Assembly: GCA_013239625.1 (NCBI GenBank)
Contig: MU056050.1
Span: 304,504 to 368,503 of the forward strand
DNA: 64,000 nucleotides
Reading direction: 5' to 3'
Source: Lama guanicoe
Lineage: Eukaryota
The notes under the pieces are model-generated. The model was not told the DNA's origin, ran no database searches, and saw only the letters and a program-made list of their open reading frames with translations. Numbering within the stretch: position 1 is the first letter of the stretch; each line of letters begins with the position of its first letter. The position numbers were made by a program, and so were the translations under genes. Of the stretch, positions 1 to 10,871 are shown in pieces.

Positions 1-239
1 AAGTGAGTTGAAATGTCTGTGCACCAGACAACTGTACACGGGCAGTAAGAGCAGCTGCCACTGAGAAAAGTTTGTTCTCCCCGAGAGGGAAGGAGATCAG
101 GCTGTGGCCACATGGACCATGCAGGGTGAGTAGGGTTTTCTCTTGTGAGGGAGCAGCGAGAAGTTCAGATGAGGAGAGGCCAGGGCTAGAGGTAGTGGAA
201 ATCTTAGCCCGAGGCTGTCCCAGAAAGCTGTGTGGCCTC

Positions 240-400
240 ACAACAGTGTTCCTCATCACTGAGGATGCTTGTTAAGTTCCCAGGCCCACATCCCCACATC
301 ATTCTACTCAATCAGAATCTCTCGGGTTAGACCCAGGAATCAGCAAGTTTAAAAGGCATCCCGTTGCTTCTTCTGCAAGTGACAGTTTGAGAACCCTGCA
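240..400. mobile_element. MER5-type hAT-Charlie element
   Basis: aatcagaatctct...cccaggaatc...ttgagaacc pattern. Confidence 0.7.
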
Positions 401-523
401 CATCTGAAAGACAACCAGTGATAATCCATCTCTTTTTCTAACCCTTTCCAGGAAAGCATAATTCCCCTCCCCAAAAGGGAGAGCAGGCAGGGATAAACAG
501 AAATGCACCTAGGTCAGCGCAGC

Positions 524-3332
524 CAGGGACGGCTAACCACCTCAGGTTCCTGGGAGTGGTGGAGGAAGTATTTGACGCTGTCCAGCTGCCTGCCCTCTTT
601 CCACTGGCCGGGTGTTCCCTTGCCTGCTGGTTCCAGATAGGAGCTGCAGAAGCTGTCAGGTTGCTACTTAGTGGGGTCAATGGGACATGTGGGAAATAAG
701 GGTTAGATGAACATGAAATACGTGTAGGAAACTAAGCAGTCCTGCTGGACGGTATATAGTGTCAAAACGTTCTTGCAACAGTGGGTGTGTAATTGATGCA
801 TACTGTACATTTACAACTATATTTTATTGATTCATAGTGCTTTTCTATTGTGCAATAAATCCTCCTAGAAGTGATGAGCACAAGCAAATGAAAGTACCTC
901 TTTATGAAAATCTAGGTACTGAATTTGATGACATACATGTAACCTCCCACTAAATGTCTATTGATGTTTACCATCCATGGGGGCCACAGACATATAACTG
1001 ACCACACAAAACCCAGAAGACATCCATCTGCTAAAGAAGCACCAGCATCTACTTCAGAAGTCGGTACATAGTTGTTTTAACAATGGACTCAAGGATCACA
1101 CATGCGGACACAGTTTACATATTACTCTCTGCAGCATGACTTTTCATGTATATCACATGGTTGTCCTAAAATCACCTTGCTCATTTTCACTCTGAATTTC
1201 CTTACACATGTATGAAAGGTGAAGCAGCAGCTGTTGGCTGAATTAGCCAAACAAATGTTTCCATGACACCAACTTGATAGCAGTGCCTTCAGAGCTTTGA
1301 ATAAAAGAGAAGCTAAATTAAAAATGGTTTGATTATTACATCCAGTGCATGGAATCAAATAACAATTTTGGAAGCTAATTCCGATGAATGTGAAACATTT
1401 GCCAGCATTGTAAAAGCTCTTGTAAGGTAATAAACTTTAACATTGAAGATAAAATCATATGGATTTTTTTTCAGTGATAAGATGAAGCCAAATTTTCGCA
1501 CAGGAAAATGTCGTGGTAAAACAGTGCTCCTACTTGATTAAGAGATGTATAGAGCAGGAACATCCTTGGGACTGGTTATGGGGCACATGTAATTGAGGAC
1601 TGTATCCAAGCAAGCTGTAATGCTATACCTATTGAAAAAGCTGTCGTGTCAAATTTACACATTTTTCCCTATAAACACAATTAGGGTCTGAACTATTGTT
1701 TTTGTATGTGACAAAGTTTATGTTGAATACCAAAAATAAGAAATAAAAACTCAGAACCATTTTGTTAGTCCTCCTAAGTGTCCTACAGTGGTATTGAGTT
1801 TTTTATAGAGTTATCTAAATTTAGGGGGTTTTTAATTCAAAATCAGTTGGAAATATTTAATGAAAATATTCAACAGATAGAGTCATAGAAAAACCCCTTT
1901 GGCTTCTGAAGCTTTTAGCAAATTGCAGTTAGCAGAAACTGGAAGGCATTCTAGTGTATTCCTAAAAAAGGACTGGAACAAATTATGGAAAACAATGAAT
2001 AGGATTTAATTGTGAAATTCTGTAATTGTGCTCTGGGATATCTTGACTTGTGAGAGGACACTTGACATTTTGATAGCGCTCCTATATCTTAATTGGATAA
2101 AATTTTAATTGGCTACATTTATATTCTGTACCTGAATGGAATGAAATTGAGAATGTGTATGATTTCCAACATCCAAATTTGGTGAAATTTTCAGAAGAAA
2201 TGTAGAAACAACTTTTAAATGAGTTTTGTGAAAATATTTCCTAAACAATGATACTTTGAATAGACAACCTACAGAATGGGAGAAAATATTTGCAAACAAT
2301 GTGACCAACAAGGGGTAATATACAAAATATATAAACAACTCATACAACTCAATATAAAAAATCCAATAAAAAAATGGGCAGAAGACCTAAACAGACATTT
2401 TCCAAAGAAGACATACAGATGGCTAATAGGCACATGAAAAGATGCTCAACATCACTACTTATTAGAGAAATGCAAATCAAAACCACGACAAGGTATCACC
2501 TCATACCTATCAGAATGGCCATCGTCAAAAAGTCTACAAATAATAAATGCTGGAGAGGATGTGGAGAAAAGGGAACCCTCCTACACTGTTGGTGGGAATG
2601 CAGTTTGGTGCAGCCACTATGGAAAACAGTGTGGAGGAGATTCCTCAAAAACTGAAAATAGAACAACCATATGATTCAGCAATTCCACTCCTGGATATAT
2701 ATCCTGAAAAAATGAAAACACGAACTTGAAAAGATACATGCACGCAATGTTCATAGCAGCACTGTTTATAATAGCCAAGGCATAGAAGCAACCAAGTGCC
2801 CATCAACAGACGACTGGATTAAGAAGACATGGTGTATATACAGTTATGCACATACATACATATATACATATACCTATTTCTTTCAGATCCTTTTCCAGTA
2901 ACAATTTCAAATTTCTTAACCATCAAATGCAAGTTTGAAAATTATTGCAGACAATTTTATTTTTTCACTTTAAAAATAATAAAACCATATTAAAAATACA
3001 TTCTTCACAAAAGTACGAACGATGCATTATAAAAGGCAAGACTAAGAAACTGATCAGACTATGTGACTAAGCACTACTCATAATTACTCTACTTATGCTA
3101 TTTTTAAATGTTCAGATAATCAATGTAAATAAGTTACATTTTATTTTAAACACACTAATATATTTAATTTTTATTTTTTAACAAAAGATTTTACTTTTGA
3201 GCATGGGATTTGCACACCAATATAAAGTCAGTTTCAGTGAACAAATCAATATTTCAAAAATTATATAGCTATTTAAGCCCCCTTCACTCTTAGAAGTGTC
3301 TCGGTTTGATCAAGAAGTGATATTATCACCCC
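524..3332 (+). mobile_element. Decayed hAT-Blackjack-type DNA transposon with transposase fossil (~888-3020), interrupted by L1
   Basis: Broken translations: BED-finger-like FTIHGGHRHITDHTKT, FTYYSLQHDFSCISHGC, ILGTGYGAHVIEDCIQASCNAIPIE, C-terminal ILKIHSSQKY; right end ccccttcactcttagaagtgtctcggtttg...atcacccc matches the Blackjack/MER94-type terminus as recalled; left end uncertain. Confidence 0.8.
2259..2840 (+). mobile_element. L1 ORF2 C-terminal fragment
   Basis: [30 protein letters not shown]...[18 protein letters not shown] (L1 ORF2 Cys-rich domain); followed by a ~60-nt inverted L1 3' piece (2840-2900). Confidence 0.95.
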
Positions 3333-3364
3333 AACCATAACATACTTAGCACATTTGCTTTGGC

Positions 3365-3600
3365 AGTGGCTGGCTGGGGCTTCAATATCAACTATGCAAC
3401 TTAGTAGCTTTGTGACCTTAAGTAACTTAGTCAATTTCTCTCAAACTCAGTTTCCTCATCTTTAAAATGGGATGATAATAATAGAAACTCCCTCACTGGG
3501 CTGTTGTGAGGAAGAAGTGAGGTAACGTGTACAAGGCACATGGCGCAGTGCCTTGGCTTGTCCGGCACTCGGCGACCACTGCTGAATTATTGATAAATAT
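3365..3600 (+). mobile_element. MIR SINE
   Basis: Core tgtgaccttaagtaac...ctcagtttcctcatctttaaaatggg. Confidence 0.85.
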
Positions 3601-4433
3601 CATTATCACCGTTGTTGTTAGTTTTATTAAGAGGCTATGTGCATGATTGTCATTAGACTTTATCACTGCCTTGGTGTCCTAACATTAGCAGGTTGGTTGC
3701 CTGACCTCGTCTTTGTCTAGCAAAGGGACCCAGTTATCAGGAAGATTCACCAAATTGAATTATGGCATAGACCAGCATTTTCAAGAACATTTTTCTTAGA
3801 ATATTGGCCCTACAAGAGGCTCTGTCGGCAAAAGATTCTGCAGCCAGCCAATGCCTGGGGGCTACAGTCATGTTTTGCAAATTCAGAACACATACTGTGT
3901 CGGCACTACAAAATCTGAGAAGTCCTGCTGTAAAGAAACTCTTTCATTCGGTTTAAACCTCATTTCCAAACTTATTTGCTAATGAAGCCTCTCGTCTCTC
4001 ATTTGTGTGTATTGAAGTTTCAAAATTAACAGAATATTCTATGAAATATAGTCTGTGAAACATGGATCTAAGTCTAATTTTTTCACTTAAAAAATAGGAA
4101 GCCTAATTGGGAGAAGGACTTTCCCACACAGTCATAGTGGGTACATGGGCCTTGATTCCAGCTCTCTAAATCCTGATACTTTTTCTTTTAGGAAAGCATC
4201 TTTGTATGTAAAAATCTTTGTGCACAGATACACAGATAATGTGAACTGTGTATTAATAAGTAGCTGTGTGATACCTTTGAAAGTTCAATGACAATCACAT
4301 TTTATAATAGCTAGAGGTTTTGTATTGTGAAACGTACAGCTTTAACAGTCTCCCCGCTCTCTGAGCCTGAGAGTTTCTGCTCGTAAGCAAGAGGCAGGGG
4401 CCACAGAGCATTGGCTCTTGAACTGACACAAAA

Positions 4434-4452
4434 TGATCGCCAGAGGGCGCTC
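4434..4452 (+). promoter_or_regulatory. Candidate CTCF binding site
   Basis: TGATCGCCAGAGGGCGCTC closely matches the CTCF core (CC[AG]CCAG[AG]GGGCGC) and sits in a local CpG-retaining patch. Confidence 0.7.
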
Positions 4453-4689
4453 GCTCCCAAGGATCTTAATTTAGACGCAACGAGCAGGAATACATAGAAA
4501 CAGCAAGTTTCAAAAAGACCGAGGAAGAGAGACGGTACTGTCACTGGAAGCATGATAATATTTAAGAAATTAAAGCCATGGAAGACAAAATTAGAAAAGA
4601 AAGGGAGGCCAAACAGGACTTTATCAGTGTATAATAACTTCTGCTTCATAATCAACAAAACTAAGATAAAAAAGGTAATGTGAAAATAA

Positions 4690-4770
4690 TGTATATATGT
4701 GTGTGTGTATGTGTGTATGTATGTGTGTATCTATGTATATGTACATACCTACATACATTCGTACATATAT
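4690..4770. repeat. Degenerate (TG/TA)n microsatellite
   Basis: gtatatatgtgtgtgtgtatgtgtgtatgtatgtgtg. Confidence 0.85.
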
Positions 4771-4859
4771 CCAATACAAATCTGTGAGACCACCAAGTTT
4801 CCAACAAGCCAAAATATGTCAAGTTCATAATAGATGAAATAATATAGAAATAAAAATTG

Positions 4860-5080
4860 TTTACATTTATTAAGCACATTCTATATATTAGGTATCTTAT
4901 GTGCACTATTCTCATTAACACTTAAACAAGCCTATGAGGTAGGTATTATCAGAGCACAGTCCTCATTTTACACACAAGGAAACAGAGGCTTACAATCTTA
5001 AATAACTTGTTTAAGTTCACAGTACTAAGTAGAAGAGACAGCCGAGACTCCAAGTGTCTCCCTGCGGAGCACTCAGCTAT
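4860..5080 (-). mobile_element. MIR SINE
   Basis: cctatgaggtaggtattatc...cctcattttacacacaaggaaacagaggct. Confidence 0.8.
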
Positions 5081-5084
5081 TCCT

Positions 5085-5510
5085 CACTCCCTCCCCATGG
5101 CGTATAAGGCCCTGTGTGGCCTGGCTCTGGCTCCTCTCTCCAGCCTTCTTCATCAGAATTTGCATCCAGCAGGACTGAAACACTTTCAGTTCCCTTAACA
5201 GGCCATGTTCCTTCCCTGCGTAACCCTCTTCCTGCTATCTTTCCTGACTCAATCCTCCTTGTCCTTGCAGTCTCAGCTTAGCCATCTCTTCCTCCAAAAG
5301 TCTTCTCTGCTCTGCAAGTCCAGACACCTCCCTCTGTGCTTCTATAGCGCACCATCATTTCACCAGCCTGCATGGCAGTTGCCCATTTCCTAATCTGGGC
5401 CCTCTGTTAGGCTGAGAATTTGGGGAGAGTAGAGACTAGGTCTGTCTTGCTCCCCGCTGCATTCCCAGCTCCTGGCACAACACCTGGCATACAGTGAGTT
5501 CTCTAGACAT
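5085..5510 (+). mobile_element. L2 3' end
   Basis: Pyrimidine-rich body ending ctcctggcacaacacctggcatacagtgag. Confidence 0.75.
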
Positions 5511-5816
5511 GCAGAAACTCCTCTACTTGAGACACTTCTAATAGCCACAAAGCTGTATAGACAGCAAATGTGATCAACTCTGCTGCCAGCAGCTTATTGA
5601 CTGTCATTTTGGTCTCTGGCATTGACCTTTATCAGGCATGTTTGCTGTGATTTGGCCAAGGTTTGAACAGTTTAATGAACATTATTAACATATATCTGAC
5701 ACATACAAAAGCAGTGAGAGTGTTGAAAGTCCTAGTAATAAGTGACATAGGGTTACAATAAAAATGAAATTAGAATAAATAAATATGAAAATTACCAGTG
5801 CTGCACAAAAATATAT

Positions 5817-5855
5817 ATACTACATTTGATCTTAGCCAGAAGGTCAAGAAGCAAT
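5817..5855 (-). pseudogene. U2 snRNA pseudogene fragment (first ~39 nt only)
   Basis: Minus strand ATTGCTTCTTGACCTTCTGGCTAAGATCAAATGTAGTAT versus U2 ATCGCTTCTCGGCCTTTTGGCTAAGATCAAGTGTAGTAT (5 transitions). Confidence 0.9.
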
Positions 5856-6299
5856 AAAAAATAAACATAAATAGTTGAAAAATAGTAAACATTCTGATGG
5901 GCAAACAAACACCAGATCATGCAACATGTGAACAGTCCTGATCCTATGGAGGCCAAAAAAGTCAAGAAGAACCATGTATTTTGACTGAGGAAATGAGTGT
6001 CCTAAGTTAATTCTTAGAGCACCTTATTTTGGGGGAGAGCTAGAGGTCTTTGCTCACTTTCCAGAAGTCATTTGTCATTCCTTTTATGACACTAACTATT
6101 CTGAGCTTCTCTGAAAACTATTGTTGTGAAATCTTGAATTTAAAGATGTTATGGGAAAAAATGTTATGGCAAAGAGCCAGGATAGTCAATCTTTGTGCAG
6201 AAGGGCTACATCCTTTTTTAAAAAGGCAGCAAATTCCTCCCATTGCATATTCTATTATTCCAATTGTATAGGATTTTATAAAATATTACCTAGATTTTG

Positions 6300-6720
6300 T
6301 AATTTATTATCATTTCTTGAGCACCTACTGGAGGTCAGGCACTTCTGAACATTATCTGATTTAATCCTCACGGTGTCCCTGTGAGACAGATACTATTATC
6401 CCATTCCACAGATTAGGAAACTAGGGCTCTGAAAGGTTAAGTAAATTCCCTAAAGTCATACAACTATGAAGAGTTTACATTGGAAAAGGCAGCATAATTT
6501 TGTTGAATCCAATGTGTTCTTTACACTGCACCAGCCTGCCTTCCCTAGTATTTAATTTCATCCTCACAATAATCATACAAATGAAGGTAAGAAGATTATT
6601 TCCCCCATTTTCAGATGAAGAGACCGAAGCCCAGAAGTGTTCAGGGTCCCACCATTAGGTAGTGATGGAGATGGAAATAAACTCAAATCTTATATCTTTA
6701 AGCCCAGTGCTCTTTCCAGG
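6300..6720 (-). mobile_element. Two adjacent MIR fragments
   Basis: ccccattccacagattaggaaact...aggttaagtaaattccc and cccattttcagatgaagagaccgaagcccag. Confidence 0.75.
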
Positions 6721-7714
6721 TCACCAGACCTTTACTTCTTTATAGATTGATTACATGCTAATGGTTGGAGACTTTATAAGGGTTGGACGGCCTTAGTGGC
6801 TAAGGAGTGTGTACCCTGGGGAGAGGTGAGGGAGGGGCTGGTTTCCTCTTTTTGGGGGGATGAGAAAGGGAAGCAGCAGCAGTGGCCCTGGCCCTGGGAT
6901 TTTCTCCCCCAGCTACTAGGCACTTCCCACTGTGCTGGTCTTTTGCTGACATCCCTAGTCTGTCCAGTGGAGATTGTCCATTGCTGACCTTTACTCTTCA
7001 AATGCAATCCTGGCCAGACTATGCGGGGCAGGATAGATTTCGTCTGTCCTTTCAAAACACTCTGTTCTGGATTAGGAGGCCTTTGGACAATTGGTTTGGT
7101 GACATATTCGTCTTGTATGATTAATTGCCAACTTGTGTCTTTAGGGAAATTAAACGGAATGAGCCATTTGTAGAGTAACTTTTTATATGCTATTCTGGAA
7201 CCCAGGGCTGGCTGGGAGGATGCCAGGGTGCTGGGGCAGATATTAAAGCCTGAGGACAGATTCTGGTCAAATTTCCTGAAACGATTTCCTTAAGAGTTAC
7301 ATGTTTTGAATTTTAATGAGTTTGTACCCATATCTGATGTATGTGTCTACCGCTAAGAATCTCCAAATATTACTACTGAGTTTAGCTTGCCATTAATCTG
7401 ATATTGAACCTTCTTTTCTTAGGTAGTTGCATAATACTCAGGCCAAGTACACAAAGATCAAAGCATGAAAATGTAGAGGACTTTTGCCTCCAATCAGGAT
7501 GGAGTAACAAGGACTGGATTTACCCTCTGTCTGAAACAAACAAACGAAAGATAAAAAAATTCAAGAAACAGTGATTTTTCAAGACACATCAGGCAATGAA
7601 GAAAAAGTGATCCCTGAAAGATGGTTAAAAAAATAAGGTGAGCCCTCTGATCGAGGCCAGCTACATAAGCTGCAGGGCCCAGTACAAAATCTGCCACTAT
7701 CTCGTTGGGTTAAA

Positions 7715-8185
7715 AAAAAGATGTGGTGTATGTGTATATATATATATATATATAATGGAATATTATTCAATTATGATTAAGAAGGAAATCATGTCATTTG
7801 TGACAGCATGGATGGAGCTTGAAGGCATTATGCTAAATGAAATAAGCCAAACAGAGAAAGACAAATACTGCATGGTATCACTAATATGCGGAATCAAAAA
7901 AAAAAAAGTCAAACTCATAGAATCAAAGTAGAGACATGGTTGCAAGGGGCTGGGTGTGGGAAAATAAGGTGAGGTTGGTAAAAGGATACAAACTTTCAGC
8001 TATAAGATGAATAAGGTCTGAGGATCTAATGTAAAACATGGTTTCTAAAATTAACACTGTATTGTACAATTAAAATTTGCTGAGAGTGGGACTTAAATGT
8101 TCTCAATAAATAAATAAATCATCACTATGTACACTTTAAATATCTTATAATTTTATATATCAATGATATTTCAATAAAGGTGAAA
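7715..8185 (+). mobile_element. L1 3' end (L1MA-like)
   Basis: MEYYSIMIKKEIMSFVTAWMELEGIMLNEISQTEKDKYCMVSLICGI followed by an L1 3'UTR and aataaa. Confidence 0.9.
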
Positions 8186-9327
8186 TTTTTTAAAGATTTA
8201 GTTATTATTTTAAGAGGGTGTCATTTGAGAATATGTCTGCTTTCATTTTAACTGAGGACCAATCTGAATGTGAAAGAGATTGACTCATGTAGTGAATGAA
8301 CAAAGATTTCAAGACTGATTGTACAACTTTCAAAATTTCATGCTCTATTTGTAATATAAAATACACAAGGCAAAAAAGGGTGAATGTTTTTCTGAAGATT
8401 TCTTTGGGATGTATGTGGCCATGCTATGTATCATGAAGGGAGAGAGTTGGGGTAGGGAGGGGAGAGGTGGATGAGTTGGTAACTCCTTCACCTCAAGCTT
8501 ACTTGGAGTAGTCACTTCCACTGAGATGACCTGAAAGCTTGAAGCTTGTTTATGGCAATTCAGCATCCTTAGATCTGCCTGAAAACTGAAGTGAGCTATG
8601 GCAACAGGATGGAGGGTTTGTCTAGGAAGCAAAAACACTTTCTCTGTAGGACTGATAGAAAGATTGCTACATTTTTACTGACCTGAACTGCAAGAGTTTG
8701 TTGCCATAACACCAAATATGTTCAAGATATTCCATTTATCTAGCATTTTTAGGTATCATATGTTTGCTGTAATGCTGGAAACTGAAGATTTATGTTACTT
8801 TATAAATATGTTGGTTACTAATCTCTTGCTTGAACCACATCAAACTGGTTCATAATTAATATAGTTTGCATTTTTTTAACAAAAATTATTTAATGCAGTG
8901 TACCCTCCCCCTTATTATTGATATATTTATCCTAGAAAACAGACAGGAGATTTAGAAAAGCAGAGAAAAATTAAAACAATAAACATTGCATGTTCCAAAG
9001 CTTGAGAAATTTTACACAATGATTTATTCATGGTTCCTAAGTTATAACTCCTGATTTCTTGCTAATAATATGCTACCTAGAGTATTGAAACTATTCACTG
9101 CAAGATTTAAAACAGTATAAAATTGTATCCAGAAAATTTATTTTATTGGCTTATTTTATAATTGTTCATATATCAGAAACATTCTTCTCAGTAACAAGGA
9201 CTCTATAGATAAAAAAATTATGCCATTAAGTAAGAGACTTCTTTTAAGTTGAGTTGTGGAGATTATTTTCTTGTTATCACCCATTTAGTCTGTGACCTAG
9301 ATATATGCTACTTGCATTAATGTTTTA

Positions 9328-9420
9328 TTTATTTAACTTTTTAACTGGAGGTACTGGGGATTGAACCCAGGACCCCATGCATGCTAAGTATGCATTCTAC
9401 CACTGAGCTATACCTCCCCT
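9328..9420 (-). mobile_element. tRNA-Ala-derived SINE (camelid vic-type)
   Basis: tRNA-like A/B boxes; 17-bp TSD cttgcattaatgtttta at 9311-9327 and 9421-9437. Confidence 0.9.
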
Positions 9421-9886
9421 CTTGCATTAATGTTTTAAAGGAAAAAAATAAATTATTTATCCCATTAAATATTTTCTCTGTCCTTGAATACTTGTATAGA
9501 ACAATGTAGTTTATAATAACAGTTGAATATCAGATGTATATTATCATTGAATAATTTTATTTTGATTAATCTTAAGATACATATCAATTTGCAAATGATA
9601 GCAGTGATGTTTAACCCAAGTCTTTAACAACTCATTTATTTTTGGCCCATTTTGAGGTATAAATTGAAAATTGTTGTAATAATAAAAAATCACCTTAAAA
9701 CAAACAAAAACCTAAAACTATCCAAAAGGAAACACAGATGGAAAAAGAATATCAGAAAAATATAAGGACCGTTAATGAACTGTGAGACAATTTCAAATGG
9801 CCTAATTGGAGTTCGTGAAGAGGAAGGAGACAGAAAAAATATGTCAAAAAATAATGGCAAAAAACTTGACAAACTTTATGAAAACT

Positions 9887-10010
9887 GGGGGGAAGGTATA
9901 GTTCAGTGGTAGAGTGCATGCCTAGCATGCGTGAGGTCCTGGGTTCAATCCCCAGTACCTCCATTAAAATAAACAAACAAACAAACAAATTTAATTACCC
10001 TCCCAAATAA
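9887..10010 (+). mobile_element. tRNA-Ala-derived SINE (camelid vic-type)
   Basis: ggggggaaggtatagttcagtggtagagtgcatgcctagcatgcgtgaggtcctgggttcaatccccagtacctcca followed by an (AAAC)n tail. Confidence 0.9.
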
Positions 10011-10332
10011 AGAATCTATAGTAAAAGAAAAATCACAATAAGTAAGGCAAGTATATAGTAATGACTGAGAATCAACCACTTAAATAAGCCAGTACAAAGA
10101 TAAAAAGACAAAAAGCTGTAAAAGCAACTGTAACTGCAATGAACAATTAAGGGATAAGCATGAAGATATAAAATAGAACATCAAAAACACAAAATGGGGG
10201 GAGGGGAGTAAAAAATGTAGATCTTTTAGAATATGTTTGAACTTAAATGACTACCAGTTTAAAACTGGCTGATACAATTATAGGTCAACATATATGAACC
10301 CCATGGTAACCACAAATCAAAAACCTACAATA

Positions 10333-10871
10333 ACCAAGACATGGAAACAACCTAAATGTCCACTGACAGATGACTGGATAAAAAAGTTGTGGTGTATATA
10401 TACAATGGAATACGGCTCAGCCATAAAAAAGAATAAAATAATGCCATTTGCAGCAACATGGATGGACCTGGAGATCATCATTCTAAGTGAAGTAAGCCAG
10501 AAAGAGAAAGAGAAATACCATATGATATTGCTTACATGTGGAATCCAAAAAAAGGACACAAATGAACTTATTTACAAAACAGAAACAGACTCACAGACCT
10601 AGAGAATAAACTTATGGTTATCAAAGAGTAAAGGGGGTGGGAAGTGATAAATTGGGGTTTGAAATTTGCAGATACTACTATATATAAAATATATAAACAA
10701 CAAGGTCCTACTTATAGCAGAGGTAACTATATTCAATATCTTGTAGTAACCTATAATGAAAAAATATGACAATGAATATATGAATGTAAATGTATGACTG
10801 AAATATTATGCTGTACACCAGAAATTGACACAACATTGTCAATTGATTATACTTCAATAAAACATGCCCCC
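10333..10871 (+). mobile_element. Younger 5'-truncated L1 nested in the L1
   Basis: KTWKQPKCPLTDDWIKKLW... followed by a 3'UTR; flanked by near-duplicate aaaaacctacaata / aaaaaccctacaata. Confidence 0.9.

Noticed and set aside
888..3020. Domesticated ZBED-like transposase gene
   Set aside because: Multiple stops and frameshifts, and the catalytic segment is lost.
9887..9963. tRNA-Ala-like sequences (also at 9328, 17361, 31741, 40111) as real tRNA genes
   Set aside because: Broken acceptor stems, A-rich tails and target-site duplications identify them as SINEs.
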